The translations under genes were made by a program, and so were the position numbers. A DNA stretch of 64,000 bases from Prorocentrum cordatum (lineage: Eukaryota): positions 124,001-188,000 of the forward strand of contig CAUYUJ010000002.1 of the NCBI GenBank assembly GCA_963575745.1, in the 5' to 3' direction. This document shows positions 25,096 to 39,267 of this stretch, piece after piece. Below the pieces are notes generated by a model, which saw only the letters and a program-made list of their open reading frames with translations, was not told the origin of the DNA and did not search any database. The first letter of the stretch is position 1. The number at the start of each line of letters is the position of its first letter.

Positions 25096-25455
25096 TTTAG
25101 AGACATTTTAGAGACATTCTAGAGACATTCTAGAGACATCTAGAGACATTAGAGACATTTAGAGACATTTAGAGACATTTAGAGACATTTAGAGACATTT
25201 AGAGACATTTAGAGACATTTAGAGACATCTAGAGACATTTAGAGACATCTAGAGACATCTAGAGACATCTAGAGACATTTAGAGACATTTAGAGACATCT
25301 AGAGACATCCCAGAGACATTTTAGAGACATTTTAGAGACATTTAGAGACATTTAGAGACATTTAGAGACATCTAGAGACATTTAGAGACATTCTAGAGAC
25401 ATTCTAGAGACATCTAGAGACATTTCGAGACATTTAAAGACACGTAGAGACATCT
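25096..25455 (+). repeat. AGAGACATTT/AGAGACATCT 10-mer array
   Basis: About 35 tandem units, followed by AT-rich unique sequence at 25460-25690. Confidence 0.95.
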
Positions 25456-25689
25456 CAGGCCCCCAAACAATACGACAAATATCATCTAAATGAAACGATA
25501 TTCGTGCAAATGTGAATAAATTGCACGAAACCGCTGGAAACCTTACATTTTTAAAGCAGAAACCCATCGCGCAGCATTGGAAAATCTCCCGGAATTTGCA
25601 ACAATATGCGAAAATAGTTGCTTAACTTAGAAAAATACGACTGTGCACACCAGAAATATGCGTAAATTGTACGATTCGTGATACGATTA

Positions 25690-25699
25690 TAGTAGCTGC

Positions 25700-25789
<90 letters not shown>

Positions 25790-25868
25790 CGTAGTAGTCG
25801 TAGTCGTAGTCGTAGTCGTAGTCGTAGTCGTAGTCGTAGTCGTAGTCGTAGTCCTAGTAGTAGTAGTA

Positions 25869-25918
<50 letters not shown>

Positions 25919-26347
25919 AGTAGTAGTGGTAGTAGTCGTCGTAGTAGTGGTACTATATGTAGTACTAGTAGCTAGCAGCAGAGGTAGTCGTAGAAGTCGT
26001 GCTTGTAGAACGAGGAGTAGGGGCATGAACAGGACTATAGGAGTATAGGGGTAGCAGTAGCAGTAGCAGCATCAGCAGCAGCAACACTAGCAGCCGCAGT
26101 AGCAATACAAGTAGCCGTAGCAATGCCAGTAGCAGTAGCAGTAACAGCAGAAGCAGTATCAATTTAAGTAGCAGTAGCAGTCGCAGTAATAGAGGTAGCA
26201 GTGGTAATAGCTGTTGTCGCAGTCGTAGTATATGTAGTGGTAGTAGCAGTCGTCGTAGTAGTAGTGGTGGTAGTGGTAGTTGGTGGGGGTAGTAGTTGTC
26301 GCAGTAGTCGCGGTAGTAGTGGTAGTAGTAGAAGTAGCAGTAGTAGC

Positions 26348-26432
<85 letters not shown>

Positions 26433-26521
26433 CAGTAGTAGTAGTAGAGAAGTAGTAGCCGTCGTTGTAGTAGAAGTTAAAGCTAACTGTAGTAGCACTA
26501 GTAGTAGTAGTAGTAGTAGTA

Positions 26522-26561
<40 letters not shown>

Positions 26562-26809
26562 TTGTAGTCGTAGTTGCAGCATCAGTAGTCGTAGCAGTGG
26601 TAGTAGTAGTAGCAGTAGTAGTAGTAGTAGTAGTAGTGCCCGTAGTAGTATTGGTAATAGCAGTAGTAGTAGTCGTAGTAGTAACAGTAGTAGTATTCGT
26701 AGTAGTCGTAGTAGTCGTAGTAGTCGTAGTAGTCGTCGTAGTCGTCGTAGCAGTAGTAGTAGTAGTCGTAGTCGTAGTCGTAGTCGTAGTCGTAGTAATA
26801 GTAGTAGTC

Positions 26810-26849
<40 letters not shown>

Positions 26850-26911
26850 CAGTAGTAGTAGTAGTAGTAGCAGCAGCAGCAGTAGTAGCAGCAGCAGTAA
26901 CAAGTGTTGTT

Positions 26912-26949
<38 letters not shown>

Positions 26950-27030
26950 CGTCGTCGTAGTCGTAGTCGTAGTAGTAGTAGTGGGTAGCAGTAGCCGTAG
27001 TATTCGTAGGAGTTGTAGTTGTAGTCGTAG
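25690..27030. repeat. Degenerate (TAG)n/(TCG)n microsatellite
   Basis: Read directly. Confidence 0.9.
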
Positions 27031-27629
27031 CAGGCGGAGGGGGAATTATAGTGCGAGTAATTGTAAGAGTAAGGCTGCCACTATCAGCTTGACAGGAGCC
27101 CCAGACCCTGGCCAGGAACCCTCTTTGTCCAGCGTTGGCGACGAGGGGCCAGGGATGTCGGCGGCGCAGCCCTCTGGCACCACGTCCCCGAAACGCCCTT
27201 AAGGCCACAAGATGCCCCTAAGGCTCCAAGGCCCCCCAAGATGCCCCTCAGGCCCCAAGGCACCTCTGGCCCCCAGATTGACCCAAGGCCCCAAGATGCC
27301 CCTAAGGCACCAAGAGTACCAGCCAACCAACCAACCAACCAACCTCTGTGACTTTCGGCCGTAATCCGCCATTTGAATCGCCTCATCCATGGCATGGCCT
27401 CGAGCATGCGGCATTCCATGAGAAACACGCTCATCCTGGACTGGGAGGAGGGTGGCGGTACGTGGGCTGCACAGCCTTTCCCTGGCCAAGAACCCCAGAT
27501 CCTGGCCAGGGCACCCCTGCGTCCAGCCGTGGCGGCGAGGGCCCAGGGAGGTCGACAGCGCGGCGTAGGCCCTCGGGCACAAAGGCCTTAAGATGCCCCT
27601 GAGGCCCTAGATCCCAAGACGCCCGCAGC

Positions 27630-27955
27630 CCATGAACGCCTAAGACTGCCAGCCAGCCACACGTAACATGCATAGGGCTGCCAGCCAACCAACCAAGCGC
27701 CTGTGGGACCGCAACCCCAGCATGCCTAAGGTTGCCAGTCAGCCAACCAACCTACCAACCGCCCAGGCTCAAAGCTGCCAGCCAACCAACCAACTCACTA
27801 ACCAACAAACCAACCAACCAACAGCTTAGGACGCCTAAAACTGCCAGCCAACCAACCAACAGCCTAGGACGCCTAAGACTGCCAGCCAGCCAATCAACCG
27901 CCTAGGATGCTTAAGAGTGGCAGCCAGCCAACCAACCGCCTAGTTTGCCTAAGAT
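27630..27955. repeat. GCCAGCCAACCAACC / GCCTAAG minisatellite
   Basis: Repeated ctaagactgccagccaaccaacc-like units. Confidence 0.75.
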
Positions 27956-29499
27956 CACATCCTCCTCTTCTTCTTCCTCCTTCTCCTCTTCACCCTAAGG
28001 GTGGGAGGTGACCGGATGGGGGTTGGATCAGACTCCTGATCTCTGCTCGTTCCGTTTCCTCCTCCTCCTCCTCTTGCTCCTCCTCCTCCTCCTCCTCCTC
28101 GTACTCTTCCTCTAGGGTGAAGCCCTCTGTTGCTGATCCTCCTTCTCCTCGTCCTATTCCTCCTCACCCTCCTCCTGCTCCTCCCCCTCTCCTTCCTTTC
28201 CTTTCCTCCTCCTCCTCTTGGAGCTCCTCCTCCTTCTCCTCCTCCTCCTCCTCCTCCTCTTCCTCCTCCTCATCTGCGGTTCCGCGCGCGCGGAACCGCG
28301 GAGCCTCGATGACCGAGGCCTGGGGCGATGCCTCGCGCGGCGCCGCGCCCCACTCATCGTCGTCCTTCCCATCCCGCCATTCCCCTCCTCGGCCTCCACC
28401 TCGTCCTCCCCCTTCTCCTCCTCTCCCTCCTTGTCTCCCTCCTCCCCCTCCTCCCCCTCCTCCTCCACCTCCTCCTCCTCCTCCTCCTCCTCCTCCTCTT
28501 CCCCTCCTCCTCCTCCTCCTCCTCCTCCTCCTCCTCCTTCTCCTCTGACTGCCGTCGTCATCCCCATCCTTCGTGCGAGCGGATCCGCCTCATCCTCATC
28601 CTCCTTCCCCGCCTCTCCTCCGCAAGCGCGGGGCGGGCCTCGTCCCCCCAAGCCTCGGTCATCGAGGTCAGCGGGCGCGCCTGGCGGCGCGTCCGCTGAG
28701 GGCGAGGTTCAGCAGCAGGAGGAGGGGGAGGAGGAGCACGAGGGCGAGGAGGTCGAGAACGGGAAGGAAAAGGAGCAAGAGCGGGAGAAGGAGCAGGGGC
28801 GATGGGTGGCCCGACGACGAGGACGAGGGGTCGGGGTGGGAGGGGGTTGGTGGGAGGGGGCGGTGTGGAGTGGGCGGGAGTGGGCTGGGAGTGAGGATGG
28901 TAGGGGAGGGGTGCGAGGAGGGCGGAGGGCGGGGGGCGAGAGCAGAGAGGATGAGGAGGAGTTGGGGGCGAGTGGGGTGGTGGCGGGATGGGGGGGCGAG
29001 GGCGGGTGGCGAGGAGTGTGGTAGTGAGGGGGTGGGGTGGGAGGCGGGGTGGAGGAGGGGGCAGGGTGGGCGGGTGCAGTCGGACAGTTGAAGGAAGGGC
29101 TTCTGTCGTTCCTTGAATATTGCGTCGCGGTAAACGTGTTTTCCTTCATCTGTCCGACTGTACGTGGGGGGGATGGAGGGTGGTGGCAAGCTAGTGCGAC
29201 CACGTCGTTCGTTTAAAATGGCGGCATGTTTGTTTGTTTTGTTGTTGTTGCGCAAGCCAGTGTTAATGCGTGGGATCACGGGGTCACGCTTGCTTTCAAC
29301 AACGCCACCCCTTAATGGCAACACCACCGACGTCACCAACAACACCAACAACACCAACAACAACATACAGCCCCCCCGTTCCGCAATTCGGCCGCCCCCT
29401 CACGCGGGCTGCCCACGGCAGTCGTTTGCTCTGCCTGGCCGCGTCGGGCCGCATCACCGACGGGCGGGGGTGGGGATTGAGGGGGGGGGGGGGTGCGGC

Positions 29500-29584
29500 A
29501 CTGCTGCTACTACTACTGCTGCTGCTTCTACTGCTGCTGCTGCTGCTGCTACTACTGCTGCTGCTACTACTACTACTACTACTC

Positions 29585-29676
<92 letters not shown>

Positions 29677-30496
29677 ATTGGTGTATTTTTACTACTACGC
29701 CGACGACGGCGACGACGACGACTACTACTACTGCTGCTACTTCTACTGCTACTCACTACTGCTACTACTACTACTAATAATACTAATACTGATACTACTT
29801 ATATTTCTGCTACTTCTACCCCCGCTACAATTGTTACTACTTCTACTACTTTTACTACTTCTACTACTACTCGTACTGCTACTACTACTGCTACTACTCT
29901 ACTACTACTACTACTACTACTACTACTCCTGCGGCGACTATTTGATTGCTACTACTACTACTACCACCACTACTACGATTTTATTGCTACTACTCCTGCT
30001 ACTTTATTGCTGCTACTCTCCTCGGCTACGACTACTAGTACTACTACGAAGGCTGCGGCTACTGCGGAGGCTGCGGGTACCACTTTTGCTGATCGTATTA
30101 GCACTACTACTATTACTATCACTACCATTGCTACTACTACTGCTACTACTACTACTGCTACTACGACGACTACTACTCTTGTTGCGACCACTACTACTAC
30201 GAGTGCCACGCTACTACGATAACAACTACTACTATTACCAATTCTACGACGACCACTACTACTACGGCTTTGCTTTTACTATTACTGCCACTGCTATTGC
30301 CGCTGCTACGACTCTTACCACGACTACTACGACTACTTATCAGTATCTCATTACTACGACCACTGCTCTTGCTACTACTTCGGCTACGACTGCTACTGGT
30401 ACTACCCCGACCACGACTACGGCTACTATTCCTACCTACTACTACTACTACTACTACTACTACTGCTACTACTACTGCTGCTACTACTTCTACTCA

Positions 30497-30563
<67 letters not shown>

Positions 30564-30696
30564 GCTACGACTACTACTACTACGGCTACCATCACTACTA
30601 CTACTGCTATGGCTACTAGTACTACTTACTACTACTATCGACTACTGAAACTACTACTACTACTACTACTGCTACTACTACTACTATTACTACTAT

Positions 30697-30733
<37 letters not shown>

Positions 30734-30911
30734 GCTACTACTACTACTACTATGATTACTACGACTATTACGGCGACTACTACTACTGCTACTATTACGA
30801 TTACGACCACGACCACGACCACGACGGCGACTACTACGATTACTACTACTGCTACTACTACTACTACTACTACTACTACTCCTACTACTCCTACTACTCC
30901 TACTACTACTA

Positions 30912-30946
<35 letters not shown>

Positions 30947-30976
30947 GCTACTACTACTACTACTACTACTACTACT

Positions 30977-31047
<71 letters not shown>

Positions 31048-31064
31048 TACTACTACTACTACTG

Positions 31065-31102
<38 letters not shown>
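29500..31102. repeat. Degenerate (ACT)n/(GCT)n microsatellite
   Basis: Read directly. Confidence 0.9.
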
Positions 31103-31103
<1 letters not shown>

Positions 31104-32324
31104 GTTTTCAGAGTGTAGCTGTAGCTGGCCCCGCGTGCGCGGCCGCAGCGGGCGCGGCAGCCGCCGCTGGCAGCGGGCGGGTTCGCGCCGCGCCTGCGTG
31201 GCCCCAGCCGCGTGGCCTGCGTGGAACGCGCCACCGCTGCGCTCCGCACGCGTTGCGTTGCCCAGCGCGGTGCGGCGGCGGCGGGCGCGGCGGCTCCCGA
31301 GGGCACTGCCGCGCGAGGCGAGCGGCGCCGCAAGCGCAAACGCGCTGGTCTGCTGCGCCGCGTTGGCACCTGCGCCAACGCGAAGTCCTGCGCCGTTTTC
31401 GCAGGGCGCATCGTCGTTGGCCGCTCGGGGGCTTCTGGGCACCTGTCGCGGCATCGCGCCTGGGGGCGGCCGCGCGCCCCCGCTCCGCAGTGAGCGCCAG
31501 CGCGAGAAAGGAGGCGCGCTTCAACTTCGCCTCGTTGTCGCCGACCCCCGCGGCGCGCTGCGAGGCCTGCTCGGGCCGCTCTTCGGCGACCTGCGGCCTT
31601 GGCTTTCCTCGGCGCCCCCCGCGCCATCGGCGGATAGCTTGAATTGCGCCTTCTGTTGGGGGCGCCGCTTCAAAAGCCATTTCGCGCTGCCTGCGCCTGA
31701 GGCCGCAGGCCGCAACTGGCGGGCCGCGTTGCGGACGGCCGCGGCAGCGCCCCGCGGCGCTGCCGCGGCTCTGCGCCGCGGCGCCCCGTCTGCCAAGGCG
31801 CGGCCACGCCGCCGCTGGGAAGCCCTGGGGGAGGGGCGCGTGTCGAGGGGGCCGTTCGTCGCGATGGCCATGACCTCGCCGACGTCGTCGGTGGCCGAGC
31901 ATGTCGCGAGGGCACGGGCATTCGCGCCCGCGTCGCGCCGACTTGCCCCGCCGCCGCGGATTGCGAAGACGGCAGCGGCAGCGGCGACGTTCCCCCGCCC
32001 CCCTCCCCCCCCCCCCCAGCGATTCGCGCGACGCGAAGGGGGGGTGGGCGCGCCATGGGCGAGTTGAACGCGCGACTCGCTAGGAAGGGTAGCGCGCAGG
32101 CGCCCTAGAGCGCGGTTCAATTCCGCCGAGGCCTGCGGGGGCATCACAAGCGGTCGAACACGTGAGCGTAACGAAGCGCGCGGAGGGTCCCGGGAGGAGC
32201 GAGGGCGAGGGCGGGCGGGGGGGGGGGCGGACTCGGGGGGGGATGGTGGGGGGAGGTAGGGCGGGGCGGGGCGGGGTGGGGTGGGATGGGGCGGGTGCTG
32301 TGCGTGTGTGTATGTGTGTATGTG

Positions 32325-32355
<31 letters not shown>

Positions 32356-34819
32356 TTGTGGTTGTGTTTGTTTGTTTGTGTGTGTGTGTGCGTGTGTGTG
32401 TCTCTCTGTGTGTGTGCGTGTGTCTGTGTCTGTGTCTGTGTGTCTGTGCGTCTGTGTGTGCGTGGAGAGAAGGGGGGCTGGGCTGGGGGGGCTGCGGGGG
32501 GGCGCGCAGCGGAGAGAGCCTCGGGAGCGCGTGCCTGTTCTATGGGATGTCGCCTCGGAGCCCGCGTGATTTCGCGATTTCGGAAGAGCGGTGGGCGGGC
32601 CGCGCGGAGCATGGGCCGCGCCGCCCCCTTCGCGCGGCGCTGCGGGGGGCGCGTGGAGAAGCATTTGAACAACAACAGAAACGCTGCTCGGCTACAGCCA
32701 GCAATGCGCGTTGCATAAATATTTAAGTTTGTATGTCTGTAACTGTGTATATATATGTATGTGTATGTATGTATATATATACACACACATATAGCTGCAC
32801 ATGCGCGTGCATTGCGCGCGGGTCATATGCGCACGCAGGTTTAACGCGCAGCGCCCTGGCGGCTGGCGCGCCACCGATCGCCGATCCCAGCCCCCGCCCC
32901 TTTGCCGCCGTTCGGCTTGGAACGAAGACGAAACGGCGAACGCAAAAACAAGGCAGCGAAACGCACCTTGGGGGGTGGGCGGGGGGGAATATGGTGAGAC
33001 GCAGCGAAGGGGGGCGGGGCTGGGGGCCCGGAACGGGGCGCCCGCTTCTGGGGCGTCCGCCGTTGGCGCCCTCGTCGCGCTCGCGGATCCGCGACGGCCC
33101 CCGCCCGCCGCCGATCGTCGCGGGCGCCGCTGGCCCTTGCGGCCCCGACCTGGAACTCGTCGGGCTCGTGGGCCATGTCGGGCGGAGACCCAGTCCACTT
33201 CGGTTTCGTTGCAAGCCCATGGTCTGGGGCATGCTCGGGAACCGCTTAAAATGGCGCCGCGGGGCAGCATCGGCGCGCCCCGCTGCGCGCTGAACGACGC
33301 CCCAGGATATGGCCTCCGCGCCCGCAAGCGCGCTGCTCTGGCAGTGTTCGGCGCCGCGCCCGAGGAGGCCCTGGCGCGCCAGCAGATCATCGGGCGCCTG
33401 GCATGAATCGCGCCCGCGCCGATTGTCTGGGCTGCCCCGAGGCGGCCGCGCGGCGAACCTTCGCGCTAAAGCCGTCGGCGGCCTTGGCCCGCCAGCGGGC
33501 TGGGTTCTGCGCCGCGGCGCCAGGCTGTCCGCCGCGCGGCTGGTCGGCGGGGCCGAATCGTAACGGGCCGATCTCTCGGCGGCCGCGACGCCCGCGGCGC
33601 GGCGCGCGGCGCGGCGCCGCCGCGCAACCTCGCCCGCGTTGGCCTCGCCCGCAGCAGTTAAGCGGGGGCAGCGAAAGCGAAGCGCCAGGGCCCAGAAACC
33701 TCGGCAGTCGGTGGCGCCCTGCCTTGGACAGCGGCTCAGCTTCCCAGCGCGGGACGCGGTTGTCCCGCGCAGTGCACTGCCGAATCTCGTCATCAAAGAC
33801 GACCAGCCGCGCCCTCCTGCTGCGGCGACGGCGCCTCCGCGATGTCCCGCACCGCGATGTCCCGCGCCGCGGCTTTCCTATGGGCCGATTTCATGGCGGC
33901 CGCGACGCCAGCGGCGCAGTGCGCGGCGCGGCGCCGCCAGGTAGCCTCGCCCGAGTTGGCCTCGCCATCAACGGCCGAGGTCGCGCCTGACGGCGTCGCA
34001 ACTCGATGACCCTGCCCGCCCACTTCGGCGGCAGCGCTTGGCGGGCTAGGGCGGAGCCGCGTTGGCGCGGCGCGTTGGCGCGGCCATGTAACGACAGCGG
34101 TCCCCACCCCCCACCCACCCTCCTCGTCCTCCCTCCTCCTCCTCCTCCTCCTCCTCCTCCTCCTCCTCCTCCTCCTCCCCCGCCTCCTCCCCCTCCTCCC
34201 CCCCCCCTCTCCCTTCCTCCCTCCTCCTCCCCACCCTTCCTCCTCGTTCGCCTCCTCCTCCTCCTCCTCCTCCTCCTCCTCCTCCTCCTCCTCTCCCTGC
34301 TGCTGCTCCTCCTCCTCCTCCTCCTCCCCCTCCTCCTTCTCCTCCTCCTCTCCTCTTCCTCCTCCTCCTCCTCCTCCTCATACCCCCCCCACCCCCCTCT
34401 TCCTCCTCCTCCTCCTCCTCCTCCTCCTGCTGCTGCTGCTGCTGCTCTTCCTCCTCCTCGATCCCCTCCTCCCCCTCCTTTCCCCCCCCCGCCTCCCCTA
34501 ATTTAGGGGCAGCTTCGTCTGGCTGGCCCACCGCCCCGAGGTTCAATCCCGACGAAATCTGACGGGGCGCCGCCAGCATGGCAGCGCCTGGGTCGCCAGC
34601 GCGTTGTCGATGCGCCCGATCGCGCCAGAGAGAGAGAGAGAGGGATACAGCTAAAGAGAGAGAGAGAGGGAGAGAGATACATGTATACATACACACATAA
34701 CATATATATATATGTATATATATATGTATATGTATAAGCATATACATACAAATATAAATAATGTATATATATGTATATATACATATACACACACATATAT
34801 ATATATACATATTTACAAG

Positions 34820-35977
34820 AGGCGCCAATGTGCCTGCGGTGGTCGGAGCGATTCGGGTGCTTCTGCCCGCGCACTGTTCGCAGTCTATATCACTTTTGCT
34901 TTATCTCTCCCTCTCGTTCTCCGTCTCTCTCCCTCGCTCTCTCTATATCTCCCTTTCCCTCGCGCACAGACAGGTACGATTCGCATTTGCAATATGTATA
35001 CCTCTCCGCTCGGCGTGGTTGTGCGCGTTCGTTGTCTCTGTATAGCAGCGCACCTATTTTTCGCATTTCAGAATACACTCCTCTCTCCCCACGTTTTTCT
35101 CTCTCTCTCTCTCTCTCTCTCTCCCCCTCTCTCCTTCTCACTCCCTCTCTCCGTATGTTGGCTCTCCCTCGTTTTGTCTCCCTCTCCCTCTTCTCTCTCT
35201 CTTTCTCGTTCTCCCTCTCTCTCGTTGTCACCCTTTCCGTCGTCTGTGAGAGACAAACAACGGAAATCAATGCAGCTGTATACGCGTGTGTATTACATGT
35301 ACAGACATGGAGGGGAGCGCTGTGGAGAAAGAAAGAGAGAAAGAGAGAGAGAGGGAGACAGAGAGAGAGATAGAGAGGGATACATATATATAAAGCTAGG
35401 GAGAGAGGGGGGAGAGAGATAGAGAGAGAGAGAGAGAGCGAGATAGAGAGAGAAATAAAGACCGAGAGAGAGAGAGGCATATAGAGACACAGAGAGAAAG
35501 AGAGAGAGAGAGCGTGAGAGAGAGAGAGAGAGAAAAATAGAGCGTTCGAGAGAGATAAAGAGAGAAATAGAGAGAGAGAGACAGAACGAGAGAGAGAGAG
35601 AGAGCGATAGAGGGAGATAGAGAGAGAGAAGGGCGGGAGAGAACGAGAGAGAAAGAGAGAGAACACGAACACAACAGGGAGATAGCAGGGTATTCTGACA
35701 TGCGAAAAATAGGTACGCTGTTATCTAGAGACAAAGAAATTACAACACCACATCGAGTGGAAGTATACATGATGCAAGGCCGACGTCTGCATGTGTATCT
35801 ATTCAGAATGCACGAGCGCGTCTTAGAATTGTCTGTGCGCGAGAGAGAGGGAGAGAGAGATATAGAGAGAGAGAAAGCGAGCGAGAGAAAGAGAGAGAGA
35901 GAGATTGATGGAGGCTGCGAAAAATGCACGGACCCAAGCACCCGAATCGTCCCGACAGCAGCAGGCGCGTTGGCGGG
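34820..35977. mobile_element. Foldback/MITE-like element with long diverged inverted arms
   Basis: 34822-34890 (CGCCAATGTGCCTGC..GATTCGGGTGCTT) is inverse to 35907-35976. 35045-35076 (CCTATTTTTCGCATTTCAGAATAC) is inverse to 35690-35720. Arms are (CT)n on the left and (GA)n on the right. Confidence 0.7.
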
Positions 35978-37204
35978 TGTTCCGTTCTCTCCCTCGCTCT
36001 TTCCCCCCCCCCCCCTCTCTCTCTCTCCATCTCTCTCTCTTTCTCTACCCTCTCATTAGGTATCATGTGGTTGCTCCCTCTCTCTCTCTCTCTCCCCCTC
36101 TCTGTCTCACTCTCTATCCCTCGCATGTTGTCGTTCTCTCTCGCTCTCTCTCTCTCTCTCTCCTTCTCTCTCTCTCTCTCTCTCTCCCTCTCCCCCTATA
36201 TATGTATTTTTTTATTATTATATATATATATAGATTGCTATTCGTTTAGTTCGTTCGCTCGCGCTCTCTCTATCCTTTTGTGATCCATATCCGTCTCTTT
36301 CTCTCTCTCTCTCTCTCTCCCTCTCCTGTTTTTTTTTTCCTGCGCGTGCGTGTATATACATATACATTTGCACATGCATGTATATCCACCGACATACCCA
36401 CCTATGCATCTGGGTAAGCATATATGTGCACGCGCGTTTAGTCGCAGATGTTTCCGTCACCCGTATTGCTATACATGTATATGTATATGTGTATAAATAA
36501 ATATATATATATGTGTGTATATGTGTAAACATGAAAATGTATATATATAGACATATATATATATATATATGTAAACATATATGTATACATTCATGTGCAT
36601 ACGTCTACACATATGTGTGTAGAGATACGCACGTACCTATTTATATACATATGCATTCACATAGCGTTGCAACGCTCCCTCTCTCTCGCTTTCTCTCCCT
36701 CTCTCGTTTCACATCCCCCTCTGTGCGTGTGTGCGTCGTCCCATGTGTATATATATATACACGTGTACCGTTAGTATCGCTCTCTCCCTCTAGTAACGTG
36801 GTGCGCGCGCGGTCTAGACAGAGCGCAGAGCAGTTCAGTGAGACGCAGGCGCATAGCTCAAGATGTCGCATGCCCCTCGCGGCCACAGAAAAGAAACACA
36901 CGGCGCAATTTGCGTGGCGCCGCAACCGAACAACCGAATGCACCAACCCCATCGGCATATTTCCTCAAAGCAACAACGGGCATTTACAGCAGCAGCACCT
37001 ACAACCACAACAAACACACTACCAACAAGAACAGCAACACCCACGCGAACACAAACACACACACCCGTGGATTCGCGTGTGCCTGTGTGCCGTTTGCGTG
37101 GCTTCGCATGTCCGCCGATGTCTGTCGTTGTCTTCGCTCGTCCCTAGATGTCTGCGCGAGTCTTAGCGTGTCGGCCAACGTCTGCAGTTGTCTGCGCGTG
37201 TCCC

Positions 37205-37850
37205 TCATTGTCTTCGTGTGTCTTCGCATGTCCGTCGATGTCTCTCGTTGTCTTCGCATGTCCGTCGATGTCTCTCGTTGTCGTCGCATGTCCGCCGATG
37301 TCTCTCGTTGTCTTCGCATGTCCGTCGATGTCTCTCGTTGTCTTCGCATGTCCGTCGATGTCTCTCGTTGTCTTCGCATGTCCGTCGATGTCTCTCGTTG
37401 TCTTCGCATGTCCGTCGATGTCTCTCGTTGTCTTCGCATGTCCGTCGATGTCTCTCGTTGTCTTCGCATGTCCGTCGATGTCTCTCGTTGTCTTCGCATG
37501 TCCGTCGATGTCTCTCGTTGTCTGCGCATGTCCGTCGATGTCTCTCGTTGTCTTCGCATGTCCGTCGATGTCTCTCGTTGTCTTCGCATGTCCGTCGATG
37601 TCTCTCGTTGTCTTCGCATGTCCGTCGATGTCTCTCGTTGTCTTCGCATGTCCGTCGATGTCTCTCGTTGTCTTCGCATGTCCGTCTACGTCTGGTGGTG
37701 TGTGTTTTTGCATGTTCGTCGACGTCTGTTTGTGTCGTCGCATGTTCGTCGACGTCTGTTGGTGTCTTCGCATGTTCGTCGATGTGGCTCGTTGTCTTCG
37801 CATGGCCGTCGGTGTCTGGTGCTGCCGTTGCATGTCCGTCGACGGGTATG
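37205..37850. repeat. 30-bp minisatellite TCTTCGCATGTCCGTCGATGTCTCTCGTTG
   Basis: About 15 near-perfect units at 37221-37680 with degenerate edges. Contains GATGTCTCT, the reverse complement of AGAGACATC. Confidence 0.95.
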
Positions 37851-39267
37851 CGAAACCACTATTGCATAATTGTAGATGGGAGGGGTGGGGAGTGGGGGGG
37901 GAGGGAGGAGGGGGAGGGGGGGCGGGGCGAGGGTGAGGGGAGAGGGAGACGGAGGAGGGCGAGGGGAAGGAGGGTGAGGAGCGAGAGGGAGAGGGAAGGG
38001 GAGGGCGGAGAGGGTGGGTGAAAGCGGGCGGGGGGATGGGAATTGGGGGAGGGGGGAGGGGGGCGATTTGAGGAGGGGCTGAGGGGAGGGATGAGACGCA
38101 AGCGGGGAGGGCGCGGTGAAGGATGCTGCGGGAACAGTGCGGACGAGGGACGTCTAGGGCGAGGCGGAAAGGGGGAAAGGGGGAGAGTGGCCCCCAGAAT
38201 TGTCTTCCTGGTGCGTTCTGGCAGAATCCCGAAGGGAATTCAGCAGCGGCGGCGAGCGCGTCCCTGGAGCCCCCCCCCCCCACACAAAAAAACAGAGCCT
38301 GGAGCATCCGATCCTCGGACGCCGACCCCCCTACTCCTCCTCTCCCTCCGTTCTCTCCATCCTCTCTTCCTCTCCTCCTCTCCTCCACGTCCTGCCCCCT
38401 CCCCCTCCCCCTCCCCCGCTCGCATCGTCCGCCGACGCTGTCTCTATCTAAACTCATCCCCATCTTCAGCTGCTGTATCCTCCATTTCTCTTCTTCTCAT
38501 CTCCTCCTCATCCTCCTCTTCCCTCTCCTCCTCCTCCTCTTCGTCCGCTTCCTCCTCCTCCTCCTCCTCCTCCTCCTCCTCCTCGCCTCCTCGCATCCTC
38601 CTACTCCTCCTGCTCCTCCTCCTCCTCATCATCATCATCACCATCACCATCATCAGCATTATCATCATCAGCATCATCATCATCATCATCATCCTCATCA
38701 TCATCATCGTCACCATCATCATCAGCAGCAGCGGCATCTTCATCATCAGCATCATCATCAGCAACAACAACATCATCGTCAACATCATCATCATCATCAG
38801 CATCATCATCATCAGTATCAACATCATCATCGTCATCATCACCATCATCGTCGTCATCATCATCATCATCATCCTCATCATCATCAGCATCATCATCATC
38901 AGCATCATACTCATCCTTCCCCCCATCTGTCCTCCCCTCCTCCCCGAGCCTGGGAGCGTGAGGAGCGCTCGGGGGTTGAGGACGAAGACGGTGACGAGGA
39001 TGAGGACAGGGGCGATGGTGAGGGGCTGGATGAGGATGAGGCTCAAGGCGATGGCGAGGACGAGGATGAGGGTGATAATGAGGATGAGAATGAGATAGCC
39101 TCCTCCTCCTCCTCATCCTCCTCCTATTCCCCCTCCTCCTCCCGCTCCTCCTCTCCGAGGGCGAGGGCGACGGCGATGATGAGGGCGATGATGAGGATCG
39201 GGGGAGGGCGAGGATGCTGAAGACAAGGAGGTGGAGGGGGAGGAGGGGGAGGTGATATTGCCACGGG

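Noticed and set aside
25096..25455. Telomeric repeat
   Set aside because: It is not the TTTAGGG type known from dinoflagellates, and it is internal with unique sequence on both sides.
27358..27380. SL-like CCGTAATCCGCCATTTG on the plus strand
   Set aside because: It needs indels to align and no credible downstream ORF follows.
36838..38021. Decapeptide-repeat ORFs
   Set aside because: The 30-bp minisatellite is open in several frames on both strands.
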